This document shows, piece after piece, positions 1 to 64,000 of a DNA stretch of 64,000 nt (positions are counted from its first letter, which is position 1; each line of letters opens with the position of its first letter). The position numbers were made by a program, and so were the translations under genes. The notes under the pieces are model-generated. The model saw nothing but the letters and a program-made list of their open reading frames with translations, was not told the origin of the DNA and did not search any database. The DNA is taken from positions 18,414,001 through 18,478,000 of the forward strand of contig CM022670.1 in assembly GCA_012295275.1 (NCBI GenBank), in the 5' to 3' direction. The stretch is from Chrysomallon squamiferum. Lineage: Eukaryota; Animalia; Mollusca.

Positions 1-2879
1 GGAAACAATTTAATTACACTTTTTAAATTATCTACATTTTTTGATTAATTCTAATACAGCTTTGAACTAGACTTAATAAAATAAAAAGTAAATGTAAAAT
101 CTTTCATTTTAAATGGTGTCTGTCAGAAAATAACAACCCCACAAAAACAGCTATATTACAAAAGAAACATTTTCTTTTTAAAATATTTTTTTACAAATAT
201 TGCAGGGCAAGATCATATTAAACGTGGCTTCAGTTTTGCTATAAGGGGCCAGGGCCAAAATTTGATGCTGAATTTCTGCATTCTTTTATGAATGAATTGC
301 TCTGTTGAGAAGCTGAGGAATTGTTTTTAAACAAGTTAATACTGTGTGAAGATCATTAACATAAATATTTCATTATATATATATATTTTAATTTTACTTT
401 TAATGATTTATTTATTTATATTATTGGCTTTTTCATTTTCTGAAATGGCATGATTGGATGGAGGCACCTGGCTCCTCTCTAGAAACTGCCACCAAGTTTG
501 ATTTACATATCTATTTTAGCACCAAAAAGAACTAGAATTATTATAATTTAAAAAAAAAAAAAAAAAAAAAAAATCAATTTCTAACTGTTGGAAGCACCTG
601 CAAAATAAAATGATTTGCAAAATTATTAAAACCAAAAACAGAGGTTATCTTCACAAACAGAAATTCTTATTCCATCAAGGTATCTAAAGTGATGAATGTT
701 ATTATAATGATAATATACTGGTTACTGCATACTATTATTATATTGACTCTCTGTGATGCTCTATTTATTTAACCACAAATAATACTCAAACCTTCTAGAT
801 TTAATGATTTCTCACTGAATGAATGCAAAGAATAAAGTGACTAGTATGTGAAGATACTCATAAAAACTAAAATTTAGCTGAAGAAGACACAGATAGCAAA
901 CAAATGCACACCTGAGGCTACTGACTAGTTTTATAGACAATTATGACACAATAATGAGTGATATGAATATATTGCTATGTTTTGTATTAAGCAGAATAAT
1001 GTGACTGAAATTTTAAACATGTGATAGCTACCTTTAAAATACCCTGAAATACATATATGTAAATATGGTGGTGGGTACAGGGCAGGTGGTTCTGAGGTAC
1101 GCATTATTGATTTAAAAAATATATTTTCTTGTAAATATAAAATAATGAATTTGTTAGTGCAAATTAAATATTTTAATAAAATGACTGATCATGCATGACA
1201 AAATATAATTTCTTTTATAACCAAAATAAATTCTTCCTTTAAATATACTTCAATATTTAAAATATTTAGTTTAGACTTTACTATTCCATTTCAAATTACT
1301 TCCTTTACCTTGTCATGATGGAATGATTTTTTTTTTTTTCAAATACATTTTCACTGGTGATAACATTTCAGAAAAAAATAAAAAATAAAAAATAAAAAAT
1401 CACTTTTAAAAGTACCAATTCATAGAATTTATTATTCTTGTTGATTTTCCTCCCCATCTTAAGATATTTTATTTTATTTTTACTCTAAAATATTTAAAGT
1501 TTCCAATGTGTTAGATTTTGGAACTGTTCAGCGAATCATTATGCAAGACAAGATTCAGAAACAAGGCACCATTTTTTTGTTTAACTGGAATGATTAAATG
1601 AAAATTAATTATATTTCTGAATGTGAGAAAAGATTATAAAATGAACATGCATGTTTCAGTTTTTCAAATTTATTATCTACTTTGTGAATTCAAATATGCA
1701 AAAGCTGAAGTACGCATTTGGAAGTGGGTACACAAATTACATTAAGACTTTCAACATAACTATCTAAAACCTCCTTCAAGATTGCAACAATGTGGGAAAA
1801 GCATAAAATTAACAATAAATATGTAACTGCTATCTGTTCTAAAAATACATGTTTTAGCAAATCTACGTGCATCTGCATATGCAACGTACATCACACATAA
1901 TCTGGTAAAAGAAAAGACAAAGGAATAAATAACACAATATAAAAGTATAATTAACATTACAAATACAACATAACCATGCAATAAAAATACAAATGGCAAA
2001 ATAATAACAAACAGCATTGAGGTGCTTTAATACTAATACAAAGGACAAGATCTAATAAGGTAAGCTTTAGATCTGTGCAGAGAAATAAATAAATGAACCA
2101 TTTTGTGGCAACATTCAAAGAAATAAAATAATTTTTTTATTTGATCTATTTATATACTACCCTTACCAGTGAAAACATCAGGACCCTATATTTGAACTCA
2201 GGTTAATGAATTATTAACTTAATAAAATAATTAAACCCCACCTCCAACCATCAAAAATCAGCATAAATTTATAAAATATGTCTACAATTTTTCTTCTGTG
2301 TTGTTTATTAATTTAATAATATGAGATCTCTGAAACAAAATTGGATTGAGGCTGTAATACAGGGTTTGAACAAAGTACATCAGTAATGTCTGATGAAGTT
2401 TATCACATCTTGTATCTAATTCTGAGATTCACCTTTCTTTTTTTCTCAAAACTATTAATGTTTTCCCAATCAATATGAAGACTAAATTAAATACCAACAA
2501 AATGAAAGGATAAATTTAACATATTTTGCATAGGTTATAATTAGACATAGCCATGTGTAAGAGTAACCACGATAAGCTGAAGGATTCTGATTAAAAAATA
2601 AAAAAATAATTGCAATGCAACAGCAAAACAGAAAGTTACTAAATGTATGATATAATTATTAAGTGTGCAATTAGCATTTTGTGTTCAGTTTTACATTACA
2701 TAACATTTAAGGGGAAAATTTTGGCATGACAAATATTTAATTCCTGAAGTATCAGGTTTTTACCCAGGAAGACACTTAGTAACAGTCGTCTTTTTAAGCA
2801 TCGATGTCCTAGGAAGAAGACACTTGAGGAACTGGCCCCTTCACTTTGATTGCCCCATCAACTGCTAATTTGTCTCTGT

Positions 2880-3038
2880 CTATTTCTTCTTCTTGCCAAT
2901 TGTTGCTCCCTGCTGTTGATGCTGTGCCTTTTTCTGCTGGAAAAGATTGAACTCATCATCCAATCGTTTTTTGCTATCTTCCAGCTTTCTCTTTTCCTCT
3001 GCATGTTGCTTCTTCAGCTGATCAAATCGTACATGCAG
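2880..3038 (-). CDS. SEPT11: Septin exon 11 (terminal, TAG)
   Basis: [37 protein letters not shown]...GATIGKKKK*; tttcag acceptor. Confidence 0.93.
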   Translation of the reverse strand: MHVRFDQLKKQHAEEKRKLEDSKKRLDDEFNLFQQKKAQHQQQGATIGKKKK

Positions 3039-6000
3039 CTGAAATTATAGAATATACATTTTTCAATAATTTTTCAGTCCTTAGTAGGAATTACTATCAT
3101 TGTGATATTGTAGATATGATTAATATTATTGTTACACTGCTTTAGAAAGTGGTCCATACCTCTTTTTCAGCTTCCTTTAGTTCAGCCTCTTTTTCTTTGA
3201 CACGGATTACAAATGTTTGTCTCATTTCTTCTTCCTTCTGCTGTAGTTCTTGTATATGCTCCATGCGCTTCTGCTCATATGTCTCTGTCAAACTTCAAGT
3301 AAAAACAAAATATTTAATTTTTTTGCAATACATTATCCACTAACATATTTACAGTAAATGCATCTATTACGAGTCCAGAAACAAATGTCACATTTAACTA
3401 AACAATTTTCCACTTTTATAACTTTATCCATATCAGTATTTTTATAGTGACATAAGTCATTATTGTCAGTTAAAATAAAAATATTTAGCTGACATTAACC
3501 TTTTTTTAAAATGTTCCATTCAGTTTTGAGTTAAAATAGAAATATGGCCTTCACCAAATAAATGAAGGTAAAAATATCAAATTTTACTTACACAGGTTGA
3601 ATATTTAGAAGAGAATAACTCCAGCAAAATGTTACTGTGGCCAGACACACAACATAAAATTTGTTTGTGAAAAAGATAAAAACATCAAATCTTTAAGAAT
3701 AAATTTAATAAAAGGATTTATTTAAAAGTGTGTTAATGTTATTAACAAAAATAGAATAAAGGTAAAAGAAAAAGCTAACCTCTTTTCACCAGAATCCATG
3801 TAGCCCATTTCTTCAAGTTTGTTTCGTCTGTAAAGTTCATAGTGTACCTGGTGTGTTGTTTCCCGAAGGTCCTCCATGTTGGTTCGAATAAGCATTTCAC
3901 GCAGACGCACAAAGTCACAGTGATTCTCATTTTCAACTAAATAATAATCAAAAAGTATTCTCAAGCATTCACTGATGACATTAAGAAATTTATTTTTCCT
4001 TTTTTATTGTTTTACAATTCCAAAAAATCTTTTTATAAAGCTTGAAAATTGTGCATTTTTTGTTTTAAGAGTGAAAAAAGCACTGCAGAAAAGACAAAAT
4101 ATGTTAGAAGTCTTAACCTGGATAAGCAAACATTTAAAATAATAATAATACTAATAAAGCCAATATTTTAACAAACCTTCAATGAAATATAACTTTAAAA
4201 TTATCTTTGTTTGAACAAAGGCATTTTTATATTACTTTTTTACCTGAAAGTTTTTTAGTTTCCCATCATATTACAACTAAAGTAATTCTAAAACATATTC
4301 TTAAAAATATTTACTCTTAAAGGTTTAAGATGATGAAAGCCAGAGCAGAAATAACAAGTAAAAGAAGACAAACCCTGAACAGTTCCCCATGGATACTGAC
4401 GAGCCTTCACCATCTTGTTTCCCACCTTAACTTCATCATTGCTCCCAACAACAGCAAAAGGCACATACTCCTGTAAAGAGAAGTAAAATGTTAAAACATG
4501 GAGAAAATGTAATGTTGAAAAAACTTGCACCATCTCAAAAAGGTATATGCTCCTATAATAAAAAAAAAAAAAAAAATAAAAAAAATATCCAGGAACTGTA
4601 ATGTAATACAACTGTCCACATTTGTGTTTACTGCTATCTACTGCTAAGTTATGTACAATGTGTCAGGTACCGTGCTGCTTGTCTGACTGATAACATTATG
4701 ATGACCAGTGCTCACGTTCATTGCAGCATTAGTTTCAGCCACGGCTTCGTCATATGTTGGGAACTCATACACATTCACACCGTTGGTCAACAATTCATTC
4801 ATGATCTGAAAAAAAAAAAATAAATTAAATAAATAAACAAAACTTTATTAGTTTAAATTAGTAAATCCTAAATGTATTTTAAAAAGATAATATTGAATAG
4901 ATTTATCACTGTGTGAAATAAAAAAGCTTCTTTCTTTAATAAATAATGGTCTATGTCTTCATCACCATATAATTATCAAATATTTATCATAAAATTGTGA
5001 CAACTGGTTTGTATTAATAGTTAATATTTAATCAATTTTTTTTTATAATCCATATACAATATTCAGTATGAAAAGTTTGCCATTTTAAAAAGGCATGTAA
5101 CTTTTAAGTTTTAAGTTTTTTGTTCTGAATATATTTCTTTACAAACCTTGGACTTAAATTTCTGCAGTTCAGTCTTGGTAATGGTGTCAGCTTTGGCAAT
5201 TATTGGAATAATGTTTACTTTTGAATCAAGATTCTTCATTGTAACAAGATCCAGAGCTTTCAGTCTGTAAGAAAAAAATTAATCATATCAGAATAATTAG
5301 TTTTTGTTCATATAAAATGTCCTTTAACAATCTGCACTTAAGTTGGAGAAATTTGTTTTAAAATTTAACATTACCACATTTCTGAAACATGAAAGTAAAT
5401 TAAATTTTTCTTTTTAAAAATTATTTTCATGGTTTAAATGTAAATATTTATTCAGAAAGAGACACTTACGAATGGCCGGTAGGAGCAATGAAATACAGAC
5501 AGGCATGAATACGACTGTCATGGTAGTTATGTAAAGATCGTTTGATTTTTAATTCTTCCTGAAGATATTCTTCAAACCTGTTGTCAATATACTCAACAAT
5601 AGGTTTCCAGCTACAAAGGAAAATAGTTGTTTATTCACTATTTAATATATGAATATAAATATAAATTTGTTCTCAAGCATTTCACAGGCATCAGAACATT
5701 TCAATATTTAAAATTAGGATACAGAAAAAAAAAAGAAAGAAAGAAATAGAAGTCTAATTATTTAAAATATCATCTCAGAATTTGACTTAGTATTAAAGAT
5801 AAAATACAATAATTTTGGATTAAATACAAAAGAATGTAAATTTTTAGTATTTAATTTCAAAACATATGTAGTAAAGTATTTTTCTTACTTACCTATCTTC
5901 CTTGTTAATTTGGTCACCAAAGCCAGTAGAATCAACAATGGTGAGTTTCAATCTTACATTACTTTCAGAGAGATCTGTAAACAATAAAATGAATTTATAA

Positions 6001-9000
6001 AAGCATAAAATTTCAGAATTAGATCCAGATATCAGAAAATGAAATGCAGGGAGAGGAAATGAAATTGTTTTATTACAATTTTAAAATACTTATGGATCTT
6101 AGGATTAATCCTGATTAATCCATATCTAGTGTATCAAAAGCTCTGTTTATCTGCATCCTGTAAGGCACATTGAATAAAAGCAAATGAACATGTATATAAT
6201 TAGTAAAATGCAAAGGTAACAAAAATCCCAGAAACACAATTTAAAAAAAATATATAAGTTGGTAGCAGCAGCCTAATTTTTAATTAATTTAATTTTATAT
6301 ATTGTGCAAGAAACAAAGTATGAAATAAAAGCTGCAGAAAAAACAAACAAAACACACAAAAAATTACAACTCATGCCTTTTGGTTTAAATGACACATAGG
6401 TAATGATCAGTTTTCTTCTATATTTTGGCAAACTGAAGGAAAAAGTAACTTTGGCCAACTGTGGTTTGAAAAATAATGTAAAAGATTTACAATTAAAAAG
6501 CGTGCCGAGGCCAACTTGCTAAATGAACTTAATGTTTTGCAGAGTTGTAAGTTTATCTGCATGTTCACAATAACATGCTAAGCTTGCTGTATTTGTCAAA
6601 ATGGAAGGCAGCAGTATACCCGTAAATGATTAAAAGTGCAAACATACACTGCTGCTTCAGTTTTTGTCTTATTTCAAAAATTAAATCAGTGTTGGTGAAC
6701 AATCTGTTAAGATCTTACAAATGACATACTTGAACATAACATTTTAAATTATAAAAAATGTTTCCACCGAAGCCTGTAACAGAATTACCTTTTCAATTTG
6801 AAGTACAAATGCAAACTAATTCACCATTATGTTTTTGGTCCACAGCAACCACATATTTTTTGGCACCTTATGCGCCATAACTTTGAGAAAACAAGTCTGG
6901 TTGGTTTTAGTAAGAATTAATTAGAATTTAACATTTATTTGTTGTGGTTTATAGTTTAAACAACTGCAGATCTGCCATTGTTGCACTCATTGAAATAATA
7001 TTTTAATTAATTTTACTTTATTTTTATTTATTTTTTGTTGTTATGAATTTTTAATTTTTTTTTAGTTTAACATGTTTGAACTTCAGATGCATTTTATTTT
7101 TGAGTCAGATAGCATTTTAAGATGGTTAAATGATACAGGAGGGTCATTTAAAAACAGAAACAACATAAAAAACTGAGATGGTCTAACATCTTTATACAGC
7201 ACTTGGAGCTACTAATTAGGGGCAATAAAATGAATATAATCATGAGACAAAAGGCAATCAAAGGTACAGGTGTGATAAAGCCTGTCATTTGAAGCAGACA
7301 CATAAAAGTATTTTCTTAGCTTAGTACCTGCTGTGATTTGACTGATCAAAAGTTATCTATCATCTGACCTTTGTTGATATTTTCTCTGATGGAGTTAATC
7401 AACACTTGGAGTAAAAATAATCTAAGTTTTAAACTGATCAATTTATTATTCTGATATTAAAAAAATATTAGTTTTCTAGACTTGGACTCACATAATACAT
7501 TGTACTCCTGTGCTGTATAGTTTGATATGCTTGTAATTCTTAATTTGCTGTTTAATGCAAGAATTTGGAAAACAAAATAATTGCCTATATCTTAAAGTGG
7601 AAGAGATATATTAATTGGCAAAACATGAATTTAATTTGTTTATTGCTGAATGTATTCATATTATATATAATAAAAGTCACAACAAAGGAGAAAAACATTC
7701 AACCTACAAGTTAATATGAACATATAAATATTGTCATTTTAAACAGCACCAGTATTTTCTAGTTGCACATAAATTTCATGGCTATTTAGCCCTGCAGGAA
7801 ATCAAAATTTACAGCGATTTCACTATGCTTATGCTACTTTCAAATGCAGAGCTGTTCTAAGTGAAAAATGTTGTACTATAGTGTTGTACATTTTTAAAGG
7901 TAGTTTGAATTTAAAAAAATTGGTTTCAAGGCAAGCAAAAATACATTTTTGGACACAACTTCTGATACAAGCTATTGTTACACATTGTTAGAAAGATTGA
8001 TTTAACAAACAACAAAAACACCACCACCATTTAAAAAAACACATAATGATCTTTATTTCCAGTTTTTCGTTTTAAGTTTTATGGAAGGAATTTGGGAGTG
8101 GAGAAAAATGGACAAAATCTGGACTTTTAATAGCTTTATCAAATTATGTTAGTTAGGCTGCCAGTACCTACTATAAGCCATATACATATTTTTATATAAG
8201 TAAATACTGCATTGTTCAGACAGGAAAAATGATCAAGATAAACTCTTGAATAAGAAAACATCTGTCTTTTATTTGAACTACCTGTGATTGTTGTTTTTGC
8301 ATTCAAAGAAGAAGATGATAGACGTACCGTAAGTTTGAGCTCTGAGATTCACTCCTGGCAAGTCATGAGTACTAGCCACTGAATTGAAGCTGGTATTGAA
8401 CAAGGTATCCATCATGGTAGACTTTCCAATACCAGTCTCACCTGAAATGTTTCATAAACGTTTTTAATCAACTGAATACATATCCAAGCATGGTTTTAAG
8501 TTAATATTAACCTCTGTGAAATACAAAGAAATAAAAAATACAAAAAAGTGATGATAATAATTAAAAAAACAAAACAAATTGATATATTTTATGCACATTT
8601 TTACTTATTATTTTAATAAACGTACTTGTATCAGTATGTATAATTTCTCAAAACTTGCAATATAATATCACATTATTAAGTTATATTATATATATCAAGG
8701 CCTTATTAGAAACATAACAATTTTACTTCTGTCTGAGGATGTTACTGAAAACAAAATAATGGTGTCTATGATTTAGTTTTTCTATTAATTAAACACACTC
8801 TCTCCCACTCATGTGACTCAGTCTGATAAAACAAAAACAAAAAAACATTTACCAACACACAAGATGTTAAATGCAAAGCCTTGAGCTACAGCCTTGTTGA
8901 CAAGCTGATCTGGAAGACTGTCAAATCCAACATGACCACTTAAATTTAGATTACGGGCTCCTCTTTCAACATCATCTGAAGGACGACGTCCTTCTGGACA

Positions 9001-11088
9001 AAGACCTGTAGCAGTGGTTACAGAAGGCTGCAATAGAAATGGAAATAATAAGATGCCATCAAACCTGGAAATAATTTATTGGTGGCATGTTTAAAAACAA
9101 CCTGCGTCAGTTAATGTGACTACCGTAAGTGAAAATATACCTGCCATTAAATTAAGACAGAATTTTTAAATGTTACTATCATTTAAATTAAAGTACATAT
9201 CACCATGTTTATATAAGTAAAAATAATTTATAATTAAATAAATATCAATGACATTGCAACTGTTTATTACCAGAATATTTTTAATATCCTTTTTTTAAAT
9301 TATGTTTCTGGTTTTTGATAGTATTTTATTATTTTACCAAATCTGTTTATCTGTTTCAGCAAAGTGTAACACTGTAACCTGATTTTTCTCAGTAATGGTT
9401 TCATGATTGTTACTACCATTTTGCTAAAGTTTTTCCTTAGCATTAACTGATTTTTTACAAACTGGAACAAAACATCCACACATAAGAGAACCAGAACCAG
9501 TATTAAAAGCATGGACATTGATATAATATTCCCACTGCTAGTGAATATTTCTTTTAAAGTTTTGCATTACATACAGTTAACAATATTAGTGAAAGTAAAA
9601 CAATACATAATCCAATGTATTACTAGTATTAGTTATTTTAAATAAAAACATTTGAGTTATTCAAAAGCAACAACATCAGAAACGACAAATTAGAGTATCT
9701 CCATTTGGTTTTTGTACAGGACTAAATTCTTCTTTTGTCTCTTTTCAGGGGAAAGCCAAGTTGTTAGATTTTTAAATCAAGTCTGAACCGGGTAATAATA
9801 AAAAAATAATTGAAGATGCTTTAACAGTCATATTAGGTACACTAGAAAATACATAATACTATATCCCTTATTTTGTAGTTTTGTATTTCTTAAAACCTAT
9901 TAATAACTGTATTATATTTTCTTTACTGCCTTTTTTTTCATAAACATCTGAAAACAGATGTAACACACTGATTCACAGTTGTTACCTGCACTGCAAAACA
10001 TTTTTAAATTTAAATTTTTCAAGATGAGGAGTTCCTCACGAGTACCATAAAAATAAAATGTCTTTAAGGATTCTGTTTACACTGCATTAATATATTTCAT
10101 GCATAAGTGAGATCCATTTTTTTTTTTTTTTTTATATTATATTAAAAATCAAAACATAACATCAGCATATCTTCAGATTAATTTTGTATTTTAAAGTATT
10201 TGTAAATAACAGAAAATTAATTTATAATGGACTTTTTTCTTGGAAAAAGGTAAATATGTTACTATTTTTATTATTATTATTACATTTTATTTTATTTTTA
10301 TTTTATTTTTTTTTAAAGAGATTTTCAGGGAAAATATAAAAATTATTTTTGTCTTTATTTTGATTTGATATTTTAATGTACTTCACAGAAATTACTGCTA
10401 TGCACAAAAAATATTAAATTTTGATACTTTATGAATTATTGCAGTGCCAAGATATTTCACTTCAATTTTTATTTTATTTGCATCCAAAGAATTAAGTAAA
10501 AGGAATAATTTTCATTGATATCATCGCCATGATGATCGATAAAAACGCTTTATTATGTGTTTTTTAAAAATCTATTCACGCTGTAAGACAAATAAACTTC
10601 AGCATAAAAATTCGTATTTTTTAAATTATTAAAACTAAAGTTTCAAGTCTGGGTTTGCTTAATCGATCTAACTTACTCATACAACATCATTATGATCTTA
10701 GTCATCTATATTTATATTTGAATCTACAAAATCCAGTAGGATTATTAGTAATAAAACTAGCATTTAATATCCAAATATGACTTGGGTGGTGTTGTTGTCA
10801 GAAGGAAACAAACAGAAAGAGAAAATGTACTGAAAATCAAAGACAGCCTGAAAACGCAAGCTTCTGATATGCGATAAGAAGAACTAAGAACGCATAACTT
10901 GAACCTGGCATGGGTTTACGCCAGCTAGGTGCAGTGATCTTAAACCGAAAGCAAATAACCTGCTAACATCTAAAAGAATTCCAAAAATTGTTGTCATCCA
11001 CTTTAAGTTCAGAATAATAATTTGAGTCAAATGCATGGCAATTTCTTTATGGATTTAAACCTACCCTGTGAACATCAGTTGCAGCCAT
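2880..11088 (-). CDS. SEPT11: Septin, SEPT6 subgroup (septin-6/8/11-like; Sep2 orthologue), complete gene, 11 coding exons, 429 aa
   Basis: Hand-spliced exons are all GT-AG with consistent phases, total 1290 nt. Motifs: MAATDVHR start, [16 protein letters not shown]-loop [35 protein letters not shown]-terminal coiled coil ending GKKKK*. The symbol marks the subgroup; a single vertebrate paralogue cannot be assigned. Confidence 0.96.
3160..3292 (-). CDS. SEPT11: Septin exon 10 (coiled coil)
   Basis: [44 protein letters not shown]; ttgaag / gtatgg. Confidence 0.93.
3780..3936 (-). CDS. SEPT11: Septin exon 9 (septin unique element)
   Basis: [46 protein letters not shown]; atttag / gttagc. Confidence 0.95.
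4374..4470 (-). CDS. SEPT11: Septin exon 8
   Basis: [32 protein letters not shown]; ttacag / gtttgt. Confidence 0.95.
4716..4805 (-). CDS. SEPT11: Septin exon 7
   Basis: [30 protein letters not shown]; tttcag / gtgagc. Confidence 0.94.
5147..5264 (-). CDS. SEPT11: Septin exon 6 (G4 AKAD)
   Basis: [39 protein letters not shown]; ttacag / gtttgt. Confidence 0.95.
5470..5610 (-). CDS. SEPT11: Septin exon 5
   Basis: [46 protein letters not shown]; ttgtag / gtaagt. Confidence 0.95.
5893..5974 (-). CDS. SEPT11: Septin exon 4 (G3)
   Basis: [27 protein letters not shown]; ttacag / gtaagt. Confidence 0.95.
8328..8441 (-). CDS. SEPT11: Septin exon 3 (P-loop)
   Basis: [19 protein letters not shown]...[10 protein letters not shown]; tttcag / gtacgt. 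Confidence 0.95.
8853..9027 (-). CDS. SEPT11: Septin exon 2
   Basis: ttgcag|PSVTT...[34 protein letters not shown]|gtaaat; the 5' boundary is less certain because internal acceptors exist. Confidence 0.88.
11065..11088 (-). CDS. SEPT11: Septin exon 1 (MAATDVHR)
   Basis: aaaATGGCT start resembling the SEPT6/SEPT8 N-terminus MAATD; donor AGG|gtaggt, phase 0. Confidence 0.85.
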
Positions 11089-12428
11089 TTTTGTTGCACA
11101 CAAAAATTCTTCGGATTCTCTTAAAAGTCACGTTCATTACCGGAAAGAACTGCAAAAAATGATGTGCACTTAACACTAGAATGAAGCATCCTCAAATAAT
11201 AACTTCATCTGATTTTAAATATAACTAATATTACTCAAGATATTTTCAGTTTTGAACAAATTCTTCATTTTATTATTTTATAATTAGTCATGACTGAGAG
11301 GATATATTTTTGAAATAAGTGTTTTTTGTTGTTATCATTTTTTATTATTTATTTATTTATTTTATTTATTTTTGACTCATTTAGAGGAAATGAAGCAAAC
11401 AGGATAATCCATTTGTTTGGCAATCAGCTAATCTAACAAATTATTTACCATTAGTTAGTAGAACATTTTATTTCTAGTACTATTACATTGAATATCAAGA
11501 CATTATGGTTGATTGTAACAATATCTTTTAATGATAGATACAAAATTAAAAAAATTAAAAAACAACAACATTTATCTTACTGGCCATTAATAAAATTTTG
11601 ATATTATGCTTAAATAAAAATATAAGATAAAAGTGTTCTTCCCCAAACATTTTATGCCAAATGTCTTATTATAGTGAACATATTTATAATGTTGAAGTAT
11701 AATAGGAAAATCCTGCTATTATACCCTGGTATATATTTTTATCATTTTCGAAAGGGATTAAATTTGATCCACAGAACAGTTATAATAGGACAAAGAATTA
11801 AAGAGTTGTTCATACATATAAAACTGAATCTGTAATTCAGTGCATATCAAGAATATTGTCTTATACTGCTTCAATTTCATTATAGTTTTCAGTGAAATTC
11901 AAATTTAATATGCCCAGAAATGTTTAAATATGAAATATGTGACCGTTCAATACATCATACTTTTTGTATCATATTCTTCTCAATTTGTTCTTTCAATTTA
12001 ACTAATTACTTTGTAATCACCTTCAATAGGTGAACTGTTTTCGTTTCCTTTTGGTTCATATCGGTAATTTAATAGCTCGAATAACCGTTTTCGGAAAAGG
12101 AAGTACAAAATGTATCTTTTTAATGCGGATAAATATAAAAATATTATTATATTTAAATAATTTAATAATTAATCATCCTTTTTTAAATTTTGTATTTGAC
12201 CGTTTGGCAATAGAAAAATATTATATTGTAATAATGATTTATAAAATAAATTCACCCAATCAAACAAAATAACCTGTTCACTCCGTCAATGCGGAAGCTT
12301 CCACGACTTCGCTGCACTGGTCGGCGTTGATTGGAAAAATGTAATTTTTGCAGTGTATATGTTTTCAAACAATTTTTGCTCATATCTGCAAATTTAGAAA
12401 TTTTAATTGTTGACATTTCATAGATAAC
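11089..12428. promoter_or_regulatory. Divergent intergenic/promoter region and 5' UTRs between septin and neurobeachin
   Basis: Lies between the two opposing ATGs. Local CpG-containing patches near 11100-11145 and 12280-12330; CGGAA ETS-like cores near 11141 and 12292; CCAAT near 12256 and ATTGG near 12330. TSSs cannot be seen. Confidence 0.6.
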
Positions 12429-63146
<50,718 letters not shown>

Positions 63147-64000
63147 GTAAGTTTTAATCAAAATCTGAATTAGGGCTTGATAATAATTAATGTTCAGAAC
63201 CAGATTCCAGTAAAATTTCTGCAGACTTGTTTCATTAACTTGAACCTGGTTTTTAAATAAGTGTTTAACTCTGAGTTTGAAATTTGTTTTTTTGTTATTT
63301 TTATAGTACTGTGGGAACATTTCAGTGTAGTTTTAGCTTAGAAGAAGAAATCTGTTTTAGTTTCTTTTAAACTTAGAAAATAGATACAACTTCCTTTCCC
63401 GTTTTAAAAATTTCCCCACATATTTAAAAATTTTAAATTCTTTATTTTTAGTTTTGATCATTTTTAAGCTGGTAGAATATAAGAATTTTGTCACAAATAA
63501 AAATTAAAATAAAAGTAATGAAAATTATTTTCAGCCAAGTATTTTTGAATCTTTTTAATCTATTCTTATTAATTAAATGCCAGAATCATAAAAATGATTT
63601 TAATTTTAAAATAAAAACATTATAAAAAGGTATTAGAAAATTAATACATGGTGAAATGAATACAAATCAACCAAAAAGAAAATAAATTGATAAATGTATC
63701 TGTCTTGTAAAGTGTTGAAATAAGTTAAAATAATTCTTTCTAGAGGAATGTATATGCTACAAATATATTAACCAGTTTAAAATGAACACTGTTTAAGTTA
63801 GTAAACTGATGTATCACTGCAGTATTAAATAGAAAGAACAGTTTCATTTACACTGTTTGTTGTTTGTGAGATTGCTTTAAGCTGAGTGTATCTAGTTTAG
63901 TCAAATCTAAAACACATTATCTAACTTAATAAATGTGTGTATTTATATATCTATGTATATATGCTTTGCATTTAAAGATAATTAAAAAAAAATATTGTAA

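Noticed and set aside
1028-1096. Plus-strand open 69-nt segment ending GAG|gtacgc
   Set aside because: Poor acceptor, unrecognised peptide, no partner exons
2764-2828. Direct repeat GAAGACACTT in the septin 3' UTR and possible stop read-through
   Set aside because: Only two short copies, and another in-frame TAG follows four codons after the stop

Overview
AT-rich animal genomic DNA, most likely an invertebrate such as a mollusc (inferred from composition and protein similarity, not confirmed). It holds two intron-rich genes arranged head to head, with 1,340 bp between their start codons. (1) A complete SEPT6-subgroup septin (SEPT6/8/11-like, Drosophila Sep2-like) on the minus strand: 11 coding exons, 11088 to 2880, 429 aa. 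(2) A neurobeachin/LRBA (rugose, sel-2) BEACH-domain gene on the plus strand: 48 exons traced by hand from 12429 to 63146 (about 2,640 aa, through ConA-like, ARM-like, DUF1088, PH and BEACH regions), with the WD40 end beyond the window. Most ORFs in the supplied track are intron or antisense noise. Points of interest: a 9-nt candidate neural microexon with UGC and GCAUG signatures, two +1 frameshifts both at a CTT codon, a GC-AG intron, a 942-nt repeat-built cassette exon with a read-through tail, an AKAP-type helix, no nested mab21 gene, a pre-miRNA-like hairpin in a septin intron, and decayed tRNA-SINE pieces. I found no prokaryotic-type system, CRISPR array or intact transposon, and nothing I can defend as a wholly new biological system.
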